Source of the DNA: a virus
Taxonomy: Duplodnaviria; Caudoviricetes
DNA: 45,023 nt
Virus record (IMG/VR): IMGVR_UViG_3300027271_000076
Location: 1-45,023 of that record
Reading direction: 5' to 3' (one strand)
Both the position numbers and the translations under genes were made by a program. Shown piece after piece: positions 36,118-45,023 of this stretch (its first letter is position 1; every line of letters starts with the position of its first letter). The notes under the pieces were generated by a model. It had not been told where the DNA came from and ran no database searches. It saw nothing but the letters and a program-made list of their open reading frames with translations.

Positions 36118-36867
36118 ATGCTCGAGAATTTCCAGAACTGCCTGGCGGTGACGCTGGGCTATGAGGGCGGCTGGTCGGATCATCCCTCCGATCCCGGCGG
36201 TGCCACGATGAAGGGCATCACGCTTGCCACCTATCGCCGCTTCAAACCGGGTGCGACCAAGACCGAGCTGCGCAACATCTCGAACGACACTGTCGCGAAG
36301 ATCTACCGCTCCGACTATTGGGACAAGGTCGGCGGTGATCGGCTTGCCGCCGGTGTCGATCTTGCCACCTTCGATGCCGGCGTGAACTCCGGTTCTGGGC
36401 GCGCCAGGCAATGGCTGATGGCCGCGATTGGCGGTCCCGACCACGAGACCGTCCAGAAACTCTGCGCCAAACGTCTCGGCTTCATGCGCTCGCTCGCCAT
36501 CTGGAACACGTTTGGCAAGGGCTGGTCGACGCGCGTCGCCGGTATCGAGGCCAAGGGCGTCGCCTGGGCGCTGGCGCAATCGATGGGTCCGATTCAAGTC
36601 CGTGAGCAGTTGGCGAAGGAGGCGACAACCGCGACCGCCACCTCGAACAAGCAAACCGCAGGCGCCAGCGCGGCCGGCACCGCGACCACGGCCGGTGGCA
36701 GCGACGCGCTCTTCAACCCGGATCATGTCGACCAGATCGCCGGCTGGGTGCTGGGCGGACTGCTGAGCGCCGGTGTGCTGGTCGCCGCCATCCTCATCAT
36801 TCGCGCCATCATCCACCGTCAACGCGCTTCAGCCTATGCCGTCGAGGCAGGAAGGATCATGTCATGA
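36118..36867 (+). CDS. Endolysin, glycoside hydrolase family 108, with C-terminal TM segment
   Basis: 249 aa; YEGGWSDHPSDPGGATMKGIT, FDAGVNSG, FGKGWSTRV; hydrophobic C-terminus. Confidence 0.88.
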   Translation: MLENFQNCLAVTLGYEGGWSDHPSDPGGATMKGITLATYRRFKPGATKTELRNISNDTVAKIYRSDYWDKVGGDRLAAGVDLATFDAGVNSGSGRARQWLMAAIGGPDHETVQKLCAKRLGFMRSLAIWNTFGKGWSTRVAGIEAKGVAWALAQSMGPIQVREQLAKEATTATATSNKQTAGASAAGTATTAGGSDALFNPDHVDQIAGWVLGGLLSAGVLVAAILIIRAIIHRQRASAYAVEAGRIMS

Positions 36868-37388
36868 GCGCCATTCTCGCGTCGATCCTGATCGATGTTG
36901 CGGCAAGGGTCGGCGCGCCGATCGTCAAGAGCCTGCTGGAAAAGCATGTCGGTGGCGCAGCCGGCGAGATTGGCGGCATGGTCATCGACGCCATTGCCGG
37001 CAAAGCCGGCGTGACGCCGGATAGTCTTCCTGGACTTCCAGCAAAGGATCTGGAAGCGGCCGTTGCCGCTGCCGAGGTCGACGCGCCGCAGCTCGTCGCG
37101 GCATGGGTCGGACAGCAGCGCGAAGCCAACAGGCTGATGCTGGCCGAGATGAGCAAGGGGCGACCCTGGTGGACCTGGGGCTGGCGGCCAGCGTGGATGT
37201 GGTTCCTCGGCTTTCTGTTCCTATTCCGTCTGGTGCTGGTGCCGGTGGCCGACGCCATCCTCGGCTCCAGCATCGCAGCGACCATCGACCTGTCCACCAT
37301 GATGACGCTGACCGCCTGGTTCATGGGCCTCTACATGGGTGGCCACACCGTCAAGGACTTAGCTGCCAAGTGGGCGGAGCGGTCATGA
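36864..37388 (+). CDS. Holin-like membrane protein (GTA 3TM-holin-like)
   Basis: 174 aa; WGWRPAWMW followed by two TM segments and YMGGHTVK. Confidence 0.6.
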   Translation: MSAILASILIDVAARVGAPIVKSLLEKHVGGAAGEIGGMVIDAIAGKAGVTPDSLPGLPAKDLEAAVAAAEVDAPQLVAAWVGQQREANRLMLAEMSKGRPWWTWGWRPAWMWFLGFLFLFRLVLVPVADAILGSSIAATIDLSTMMTLTAWFMGLYMGGHTVKDLAAKWAERS

Positions 37389-37404
37389 TTGCCGGTGATC
37401 GACC

Positions 37405-38289
37405 ATGAAATCCCTCTCTCCAGCTCTGCAGACCCATCTCGACGCGGGCACGACGACGCTCAGCTGGTGCTGGAAGATCACCCGTGCCGATGGCGCCGTA
37501 TTCGGCTTCACCGATCATGATCGCACGCTTGATTTTGGTGGCACTCTGTTCGAGCCGGAAAGCGGATTGACGGCGTCGGAGGTGCGTGCCGGTTCCGATC
37601 TCGCCGTCGATGCACAGGACGCACAAGGCGTGCTGACCTCCGATCGCATCACTGAGACCGACATTCTCGATGGACGCTGGGATAATGCCGAGGTCGAGCT
37701 CTGGCGGGTCAACTGGACCGACACCTCGCAGCGTGTGCTCATGCGCCGCGGCGCCATCGGCCAGATCCGGCGCGGCCGGCTCGCCTTTGTCGCCGAGATG
37801 CGGAGCATAGCGCATGTGCTCGGCCAGACCGTCGGCCGCATGTTCCAGGCGACCTGCGATGCAGAACTCGGCGACGTCCGTTGCCGCGTCAATCTCGATG
37901 CGCCCTCCTTCAAGGGGACAGGTTCTGTTATCGACATACTGCGCGACCGCGCTTTCACGGCATCGGGGCTTGGTGGCTTTGCCGCGGGCTGGTTTGCCTT
38001 CGGCACAGTAACATGGACCAGCGGCGTCAATGCAGGACGGCGCGCCGAGGTGTTGTCGCATGATCTCGTCGACGGCATCGCCATCCTGACGCTGCTCGAG
38101 GCGCCGGTGCGGCCGATTGTCGGAAGCGATGCCTTCGTCATTCGCGCCGGCTGCGACAAGCGCATCGCGACCTGCCATGCGAAATTCGCCAACGTCGCGA
38201 ACTTCCGCGGCTTCCCGCACATCCCCGGCCAGGATGCGGTGCTGCGCTATGCAACGCGCGACGGTGCCCACGATGGAGCGGTGCTGTGA
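37405..38289 (+). CDS. Baseplate hub protein, DUF2163 (RcGTA g13-like)
   Basis: 294 aa; GFTDHDRTL, CDAELGDVRC, AGCDKRIATC...NFRGFPHIPG. Confidence 0.92.
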   Translation: MKSLSPALQTHLDAGTTTLSWCWKITRADGAVFGFTDHDRTLDFGGTLFEPESGLTASEVRAGSDLAVDAQDAQGVLTSDRITETDILDGRWDNAEVELWRVNWTDTSQRVLMRRGAIGQIRRGRLAFVAEMRSIAHVLGQTVGRMFQATCDAELGDVRCRVNLDAPSFKGTGSVIDILRDRAFTASGLGGFAAGWFAFGTVTWTSGVNAGRRAEVLSHDLVDGIAILTLLEAPVRPIVGSDAFVIRAGCDKRIATCHAKFANVANFRGFPHIPGQDAVLRYATRDGAHDGAVL

Positions 38290-38762
38290 GGACGGCTACG
38301 CCGAAACGTGTGATCGCCGCCGCGCGCACCTGGCTCGGCACTCCCTATCACGACCAGGCAAGCCTCAAGGGTGTCGGTTGCGACTGCCTCGGCCTTGCTC
38401 GCGGCGTCTGGCGCGAGGTGGTGGGCAATGAGCCATTCACCATCCCGCCCTATAGCCGCGATTGGGGCGAGACCGGTCCACGCGAGGTGCTGCTCGAGGG
38501 CGCCCGCGGTGCCATGATCGAGATTGCACCGGAACATGCCGCCCCCGGCGCGCTGCTGCTGTTCCGCATGGCGCCACGCGCCATCGCCAAGCATGTCGGC
38601 ATTCTGACCGGCACCGACAGCTTCCTTCATGCCTATGAGCGGCTCGGCGTGATCGAGCAGCCGCTGACCTTGCCCTGGCGACGGCGCATAGCCTTCGCTT
38701 TTCTGTTTCCGCGGCCGGCCCTTGTCCTGCGCAAGAAGGCCCGGCGCAAGACAAGGTCCTGA
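38286..38762 (+). CDS. NlpC/P60 cell-wall peptidase (RcGTA g14-like)
   Basis: 158 aa; WLGTPYHDQAS..GVGCDCLGLARG, KHVGI, FLHAY. Confidence 0.92.
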   Translation: MRTATPKRVIAAARTWLGTPYHDQASLKGVGCDCLGLARGVWREVVGNEPFTIPPYSRDWGETGPREVLLEGARGAMIEIAPEHAAPGALLLFRMAPRAIAKHVGILTGTDSFLHAYERLGVIEQPLTLPWRRRIAFAFLFPRPALVLRKKARRKTRS

Positions 38763-38765
38763 TCC

Positions 38766-41700
38766 ATGGCCGCTCTCGTTCTCGGTGTCGCCGGTGCCGC
38801 CATTGGCGGCAGCATCGGCGGCACCATCCTCGGCGTCAGTGCCGCCACCATCGGCGGCTTTGTCGGCGCCGCCGCCGGCTCCATGGTCGACAGCTGGATC
38901 GTGTCGTCGCTCACCCCTGCCCAGCGGATCGAGGGCGCGCGTCTCGACAGCCTGCGCCTCACCTCATCGACCGAAGGCGCCGTCATTCCCCGGCTCTATG
39001 GCCGCATGCGCATCGGCGGCAACATCATCTGGGCGACCGACTTCCGCGAGGAGAGCAGAACCACCACGCAAGGTGGCGGCAAGGGATTTTCGATGGGCGG
39101 TGGTGGCGCCAAGGTGCAGACCACCGAATATCTCTATTACGCGAGCTTTGCGGTCGCGCTCTGCGAAGGTCCGATCACCGGGATCGGCCGTATCTGGGCC
39201 GATGGCAAGCTGCTCGACACCGCCGGCATTGCCTGGCGCTGGTATCCCGGCGACGAGAACCAGACCGCAGACCCCTTCATTGCCGCCAGGATGGGCGCGG
39301 CCGATACGCCGTCCTATCGTGGCACGGCTTACGTTGTGTTCGAGGAATTGCCGCTCGCCAATTACGGCAACCGCCTGCCGCAGCTGTCCTTCGAGGTGTT
39401 TCGGCCGCTCGCCGATGCCGACACCGCCGAAGGGCTGGTTCGCGCCGTCACCATGATTCCGGCTTCGGGCGAATTCACTTATGCGACGCAAGGCATCCGC
39501 CATGGCAGCGCCTGGACACAGATCCCGGCCAATCTCAACGCGCTGTCCGACACCGCCGACATGGTGGTGGCGCTCGATCATCTGCAGGCGACGATGCCTG
39601 CAATTGAAAGCGTCAGTCTCGTCGTCGCCTGGTTCGGCAACGATCTGCGCGCCGGTCATTGCCAGATCAGGCCTGGCGTGGAATTGGCGTCGAAGCTGAC
39701 CTTCCCGAAGACCTGGACTGTCAACGGCGTATCGCGCGCCAATGCCCATCTCGTCAGCCGCGACGCCGAGAACCGCCCGGTCTATGGCGGCACACCGGCC
39801 GACTTTGCCGTCGTGCAGGCGATCCGCGAGATGAAGGCGCGTGGCCTGCGGGTTACCCTTTATCCCTTCATCCTGATGGATGTGCCGCCTCACAACAGCC
39901 TGCCGAACCCGTATTCCGACAACGCCAGCGAGGCCGGTCAGCCGGCGTTTCCCTGGCGTGGCCGCATCACCTGTTCGCCGGCAGCCGGTTACGCGGGAAG
40001 CGTCGATAAAACCGCTGCCGCCGCTTCGCAAGTGGCAGCCTTCTTCGGTGCGGCGACACCGGCACAGTTTGTGGCGTTCGGAGACACCGTGCTCTGGACC
40101 GGCCCCACCGGCGATTGGGGTCTGCGCCGCATGGTGCTGCATTATGCGCATCTCTGCAAAGCCGCCGGCGGCGTCGATGTCTTCATCATCGGCTCGGAGA
40201 TGCGCGAGCTGACCACTATTCGTGATGGCGCCGGCAGCTATCCCGCCGTGCAGGCGTTGCGCGATCTGGCATCGGCTGTGTGCTCGATCCTCGGGCCTGG
40301 TGTGAGGATCAGCTATGCCGCCGACTGGAGCGAGTATTTCGGGCATCAGCCAGCGGATGGCTCGGGCGACGTCTTCTTCCACCTCGATCCGCTGTGGGCG
40401 GATAGCAACATCGACTTCATCGGCATCGACAACTACATGCCGCTCTCCGATTGGCGCGACGGTGTCGATCATCTCGACGCACAGGCCGGCTGGCCTGCGA
40501 TCCATGATCGCGCCTATCTGCAATCCAACATCAACGGCGGCGAAGGTTTCGACTGGTACTACGCCTCGGATGCTGATCGGGCGAACCAAATTCGCACAGC
40601 GATCACCGATGGCGCTGCCGCCAAGCCGTGGGTGTTCCGCACCAAGGATCTGCGCTCATGGTGGTCGAACAGGCATTACGACCGTCCTGGCGGCGTGGAG
40701 AGTCCGACGTCGACAGCGTGGGGGCCGCAATCCAAACCGATCCGCTTCACCGAGCTCGGTTGCCCGGCCATCGACCGCGGTACCAACCAGCCCAACGTTT
40801 TCGTCGATCCGAAGTCGGCGGAAAGCGAGGTGCCACACTTCTCGCGCGGCTGGCGCGACGATGCCATCCAGCGCGCCTATCTGGAAGCAACGTATCTGTG
40901 GTGGAGCGATCCGGCCAACAATCCGACCTCAATCATCTCAGGCAGCCGCATGGTGCATGTGCCCGAATGCGCTGCCTGGACCTGGGATGCGCGACCCTAT
41001 CCGTTCTTTCCCGAGCTGACCGATGTCTGGACCGACGGAGAGAACTGGCGGCTCGGCCACTGGCTGACCGGCCGTCTCGGTGCGGTCTCGCTCGCCGCCC
41101 TTGTGCGGCATCTGTGTCGGCGCGCCGGTATGCGAGATGAGCAGATCGATGTCTCAGGGCTCTGGGGCGCCGTCGAGGGCTATGTCATCGGCGCACTGGA
41201 AAGCCCGCGGGCGTCGATCGCGAACCTTGCCCGTCACTTCGGCTTCGATGCCGTCGAAAGTGAAGGCAGGATTCGCTTTGTCATGCGCGGCCGGGCGGCC
41301 GTCGCCAGCATTCCGACTGAGGCCATGGTGGCGGCCGATCAGAACGAGGTTCTGGAGCTGACCCGCAGCCAGGAGACCGAACTGCCCCAGGCGCTCAAAT
41401 GGCAGGTAGCGCGCGCCGACGAGGATTACGATGCGGCGATCGTCGAAGCCCGCCGTATCACCGTTGAAGCGTCCCGCGTCTCCTCCGAGACCTTCCCGTT
41501 TGCGGTGCCGCTAGAGGAGGCCGAACGCCGTTGCCGCCGTGCGCTGATGGAAGCCTGGACCGGGCGTGAGAGCGCCGTCTTCCGGCTGCCGCCATCGCGG
41601 TTGGCGCTCGATCCGGCCGACGTGATCCGGCTCGACCATGATGGCCGCGAGATCGATTTCCGTCTCGTGTCGGTCGCCGACGCTGAGGCACGCAGCGTCG

Positions 41701-42743
41701 AGGCGATTCGCCAGGATCGGCAGGATTACGATCTTCCGCCTGGCGCGGCACGACCATCGACACTCTCCAAAACTGTCGTCTTCGGCGCGCCGGAGGTGGT
41801 GTTCCTCGACCTGCCGCAACTGACGGAAGCGCACATCCCGCACCATCCGCTGATCGCCGCGCAGGCACAGCCATGGCCGGGGCAACTGGCGGTGTTCCGC
41901 AGCCCCGGCAATGACGGCTTCGAGCTGGTCACCAACTTCAGCACCCGTGCCCGCATCGGCACGTTGACGAATGATCTGTGGTCCGGACCGGTCTCGCGCT
42001 TCGACCACGGCAACGTCATGATTGTCGATCTCGTCACCGGCACGCTCGAAAGCGTCACCGATATTGCGCTCCTCGGCGGCGCCAATGCGCTTGCAGTGGA
42101 AAGCGCACCAGGTATCTGGGAGGTCTTGCAAGCAGGATCGGCCGAACTGATCGCGCCGGGCCGCTACCGGCTGACGCGGCTGTTGCGCGGTCAGCGCGGC
42201 ACCGAAGGCGCGATGGCCGATCCGGTGCCGGCGGGTGCGCGCGTGGTGGTGCTCGACAGCATGCTCGCCGACCTGCCGGTCACCGAGGCCGATCTCGGCA
42301 TGGCGATGAACTGGCGCATCGGCCCGGCCTCAAAACCTGTCAGCGACGAGACCTATGTGGCACAGACCTTCACGCCCGAGGGTGTTGGGCTCCGGCCCTT
42401 CGCGCCGGTCCATGTCGAACAACCATGGCGCAAGGCGCGCGTGCCTGGTGATCTCACCATTCGCTGGGTGCGTCGGGATCGATCGCTCGCCGCAGACAGT
42501 TGGAATGCCGTTGAAATCCCGATGAGCGAGGCCAGCGAATCCTGGCAGGTCGACATCCTCGACGGCGCAACCATCAAGCGGTCCCTGACAACGTCCACCG
42601 CCAGTGTCGTCTACAGCGCAGCCGACCAGAGCGCCGATTGGGGCGCGCCGCTCGGATCAGGAAACGCGCTCACCGTCCGCATTGCCCAGATCGGGCAGAT
42701 GTTTGGCGCAGGTGCTGCGCTCACCACCACCCTCTGGTTCTGA
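38766..42743 (+). CDS. Baseplate multidomain protein (megatron; RcGTA g15-like, GTA TIM-barrel)
   Basis: 1325 aa; LYGRMRIGGNIIWAT, YGGTPAD, SYAADWSEY, IDNYMPLSDW, WTWDARPYP, LLRGQRGTE. Confidence 0.93.
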   Translation: MAALVLGVAGAAIGGSIGGTILGVSAATIGGFVGAAAGSMVDSWIVSSLTPAQRIEGARLDSLRLTSSTEGAVIPRLYGRMRIGGNIIWATDFREESRTTTQGGGKGFSMGGGGAKVQTTEYLYYASFAVALCEGPITGIGRIWADGKLLDTAGIAWRWYPGDENQTADPFIAARMGAADTPSYRGTAYVVFEELPLANYGNRLPQLSFEVFRPLADADTAEGLVRAVTMIPASGEFTYATQGIRHGSAWTQIPANLNALSDTADMVVALDHLQATMPAIESVSLVVAWFGNDLRAGHCQIRPGVELASKLTFPKTWTVNGVSRANAHLVSRDAENRPVYGGTPADFAVVQAIREMKARGLRVTLYPFILMDVPPHNSLPNPYSDNASEAGQPAFPWRGRITCSPAAGYAGSVDKTAAAASQVAAFFGAATPAQFVAFGDTVLWTGPTGDWGLRRMVLHYAHLCKAAGGVDVFIIGSEMRELTTIRDGAGSYPAVQALRDLASAVCSILGPGVRISYAADWSEYFGHQPADGSGDVFFHLDPLWADSNIDFIGIDNYMPLSDWRDGVDHLDAQAGWPAIHDRAYLQSNINGGEGFDWYYASDADRANQIRTAITDGAAAKPWVFRTKDLRSWWSNRHYDRPGGVESPTSTAWGPQSKPIRFTELGCPAIDRGTNQPNVFVDPKSAESEVPHFSRGWRDDAIQRAYLEATYLWWSDPANNPTSIISGSRMVHVPECAAWTWDARPYPFFPELTDVWTDGENWRLGHWLTGRLGAVSLAALVRHLCRRAGMRDEQIDVSGLWGAVEGYVIGALESPRASIANLARHFGFDAVESEGRIRFVMRGRAAVASIPTEAMVAADQNEVLELTRSQETELPQALKWQVARADEDYDAAIVEARRITVEASRVSSETFPFAVPLEEAERRCRRALMEAWTGRESAVFRLPPSRLALDPADVIRLDHDGREIDFRLVSVADAEARSVEAIRQDRQDYDLPPGAARPSTLSKTVVFGAPEVVFLDLPQLTEAHIPHHPLIAAQAQPWPGQLAVFRSPGNDGFELVTNFSTRARIGTLTNDLWSGPVSRFDHGNVMIVDLVTGTLESVTDIALLGGANALAVESAPGIWEVLQAGSAELIAPGRYRLTRLLRGQRGTEGAMADPVPAGARVVVLDSMLADLPVTEADLGMAMNWRIGPASKPVSDETYVAQTFTPEGVGLRPFAPVHVEQPWRKARVPGDLTIRWVRRDRSLAADSWNAVEIPMSEASESWQVDILDGATIKRSLTTSTASVVYSAADQSADWGAPLGSGNALTVRIAQIGQMFGAGAALTTTLWF

Positions 42744-42758
42744 TCATCGGAGACACCC

Positions 42759-43835
42759 ATGTCCGACACAACAGTGCATCTGGCGCTGCCCTTCATCATG
42801 GCCGCGCAGGCTCAGAAACACGTTACTCATAATGAGGCGCTGCGGGTCCTCGATGGCGTCGTGCAACTGTCGGTCAAGGATCGCGACCTGGCGGCGCCAC
42901 CCGGCAGTCCCCATGACGGCGATCGCTACATCGTCGGCTCGGGCGCAACCGGTGCATGGGCCGGCTGGGATTTGAACGTTGCCCTCTGGTCGGATGGCGC
43001 CTGGCTGCGCCTGCCGCCGCGCGCCGGCTGGCTTGCATGGATCGAGGACGAAAGCCTGCTGCTGGCCTTTAATGGCTCCAGCTGGATTGATGTGACGCCC
43101 GACGCACTGCAGAGCCTTGCCCTTCTGGGCGTGGGCACCACAGCAGATGCCGCCAATCCGTTCTCCGCGAAACTCAACGCGGCGCTCTGGACTGCGAAAT
43201 CGATCGCCGAGGGCGGCACCGGCGATCTGTTCTACACCATGAACAAGGAGGCCGCCGGCCGCGATCTCGGCCTCACGCTGCAGACTGGCTACGTCACCAA
43301 GGCCCTGGTCGGCCTGTTCGGTTCGGACAGGTTCCGGCTGGCGGTTTCTGAGGACGGCAGCGTCTTCTTCGACGGACTGATCGTCGATAATGCCAACGGC
43401 ATCGTCGACCAGCCCCGGCTGCCGCGCTTCAAGGGGTATACCAACTACGACAACTATGTTGCCGTCGACACCTGGACGAAGATCGCGATCAACAACACCG
43501 ACTACAACGACCAGAGCGCCTTCGACGCCGGCAACAACCGTTTCGTCGCTCCGGTCGCCGGCACCTACCTCCTCGGCGCCACGCTGCTCTACAAGGTCAA
43601 TTCCAGCACCGCGGCGCGAATGCGCGGGCGGCTGGTGTTGAACACCTCGACGGAAATCCGAGGATCGTTCGGCGAGATATCCGGCGCGCACGCCTCCGAG
43701 GCGACGGCGCTCTGGCTGCAGACCATGACCCCGCTCGCCCAAGGCGACACGGTGGAACTTCAGGGCACATTCCGGGTTGCGGACGGGTATTTCGCAGCCG
43801 ACCACACGTCCTTATGGGGCTGCAAGGTCGGATGA
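42759..43835 (+). CDS. DUF2793 tail fibre/receptor-binding protein with C1q-like C-terminal domain
   Basis: 358 aa; AAQAQKHVTHNEAL; C-terminal AFDAGNNRFVAPVAGTYL...LAQGDTVEL. Confidence 0.8.
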   Translation: MSDTTVHLALPFIMAAQAQKHVTHNEALRVLDGVVQLSVKDRDLAAPPGSPHDGDRYIVGSGATGAWAGWDLNVALWSDGAWLRLPPRAGWLAWIEDESLLLAFNGSSWIDVTPDALQSLALLGVGTTADAANPFSAKLNAALWTAKSIAEGGTGDLFYTMNKEAAGRDLGLTLQTGYVTKALVGLFGSDRFRLAVSEDGSVFFDGLIVDNANGIVDQPRLPRFKGYTNYDNYVAVDTWTKIAINNTDYNDQSAFDAGNNRFVAPVAGTYLLGATLLYKVNSSTAARMRGRLVLNTSTEIRGSFGEISGAHASEATALWLQTMTPLAQGDTVELQGTFRVADGYFAADHTSLWGCKVG

Positions 43836-43874
43836 AATACAGGCAGCACGGTTTCTGTGGGCAACCGCACGCGA

Positions 43875-45023
43875 TCACGCGTGTGAAGGTCCATCCGCAG
43901 AAGTCTCGTTTTTGAGCTGCAAGCTGAGCTTCAGAAGTTGTCGGCGGATAGCTCCGCTGTCGGCCGCGAGATCTACTGTGGCGAACCGAATGAGATGTCC
44001 GTGCACCGAGATGGCTTCGTCGATCGTTTCACCGATGGCCGGGTGCAGCAACAAGCCCTCGGCCTTGTCGGCCATCGGATCCCCACGTCCTGCCTGTGAA
44101 CGTATGTACGCGTAGATTTGGTAAAGGTATCCGCTGCGCAACGTCGCCTCGCGGCGCCAGCCCGCCGTCACGATGCTGGTGAACTTGGTGTCGATCACGA
44201 TACGGCGGCCGACCAGCGCATCGTCGAGCACGATATCAGTCTGCATCCCCGGCAATATCTCTCGCGCGCCCTCGGTCCACCAATCGATCGGCCAGTCGAG
44301 CGCACCCCCTTTGTGTACGCGCCATCGCTTTGGTGGCAGGATGGTTTTGTAGAAGCCGCCGACGGCGCGTTCGAACAACCGCCGGGCCCACTGCTCCTCC
44401 CTATCCGGCATCGGCAATGGTCGCGGGCCAGCCCGCTCGGTGGGCAGAACGAGGTCTATCGCAAGCATCGCCGCTGCGAGCATCTCGCAATCCGTCGCGT
44501 CGTGACGGCCAATGCGGTCGGCGCTGAGCTCGGCTCGCGATGGCATGGCGCCGGAGACACCGAGAGCCTGCATATCCGCAGCCAGCCGGCGGCAACGATG
44601 GCGGAGCTCGGGGCGCGTGACCAGCCGCGCCACCGCCCCGAGCGCGCCGCGGACGAAGCGGTTGCGCGGCGTGTCGACACTGAGCTCGACGAAACGGCAC
44701 GCCACGGCTCCGCGTGCGAGCAACTGTCGGCGCTCCGTTCGCAGGACGTCGATCCGACCTCGGACCCGCGACAGGTCGGCGCTGCGCGGACGGTAGCCGA
44801 GGCTCAGCTGTCGTCGCTGGCGTTCCTCTACCGCCTGCGCCAGCAGTTCGGCAACGAGATCGGCGATCTCGTCCGGGTTGTGCTCGACGTCGACGAGTGT
44901 GCGGCCCGCCGTCCGGAACAGGTCCGAGGCGTAAAGCATCAGAAGCCAGATGTTGCGCACCGGGATGCGACCGATGAAGCCCGCAGCGGCGGTCTCGCTC
45001 ACCCCGGCATCGGCGATCACCAT
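43875..45023 (-). CDS. mcrC: McrC family subunit of a modification-dependent restriction system
   Basis: 382 aa; IPVRNIWLLMLYA, RVRGRID, LFERAVGGFY, MQTDIVL...IDTKF, YLYQIYAY. mcrB is expected beyond the window edge. Confidence 0.9.
   Translation of the reverse strand: MVIADAGVSETAAAGFIGRIPVRNIWLLMLYASDLFRTAGRTLVDVEHNPDEIADLVAELLAQAVEERQRRQLSLGYRPRSADLSRVRGRIDVLRTERRQLLARGAVACRFVELSVDTPRNRFVRGALGAVARLVTRPELRHRCRRLAADMQALGVSGAMPSRAELSADRIGRHDATDCEMLAAAMLAIDLVLPTERAGPRPLPMPDREEQWARRLFERAVGGFYKTILPPKRWRVHKGGALDWPIDWWTEGAREILPGMQTDIVLDDALVGRRIVIDTKFTSIVTAGWRREATLRSGYLYQIYAYIRSQAGRGDPMADKAEGLLLHPAIGETIDEAISVHGHLIRFATVDLAADSGAIRRQLLKLSLQLKNETSADGPSHA

Noticed and set aside
35020-43835. Gene transfer agent cluster
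   Set aside because: The GTA-like genes are limited to the tail tip. The element has its own integrase, replication genes, cos-type terminase and lambda-type head.
38766-43835. Diversity-generating retroelement or invertible tail-fibre cassette
   Set aside because: I found no reverse transcriptase, template/variable repeat pair or invertase near the fibre genes.

Overview
This GC-rich window looks alphaproteobacterial. Almost all of it (~1.0-43.8 kb) is an apparently intact temperate siphovirus-type prophage, flanked by two co-oriented defence-associated genes: a BrxR/CapW-type WYL regulator (left) and mcrC (right). Modules from left to right: (1) a leftward DUF2924 + large serine recombinase operon; (2) a regulatory region with no recognisable CI/Cro, holding two overlapping unknown genes, an accessory HTH gene and an ECF-like sigma factor; (3) recombination/replication genes (Sak4-like ATPase, SSB-like, Cas4-like nuclease, RecD-like helicase, primase-helicase with an iteron cluster in its 3' end, RuvC-like); (4) a putative late regulator, higBA, a lambda-like cos and a ParB-methyltransferase; (5) a lambda-type head; (6) a tail with a -1 frameshifted chaperone; (7) an RcGTA-type baseplate interrupted by the lysis cassette; (8) several toxin-antitoxin insertions and remnants. 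The most interesting signal is a chain of cis-elements readable in the DNA: an alphaproteobacterial LexA box, four 11-bp-phased CCCAC repeats, two copies of a bipartite promoter-like motif and three 15-bp-phased GAGACA repeats. Together they suggest a repressor-less, host-SOS-gated activator/sigma-factor cascade for prophage induction. Family assignments come from motif recognition only; no searches were run.
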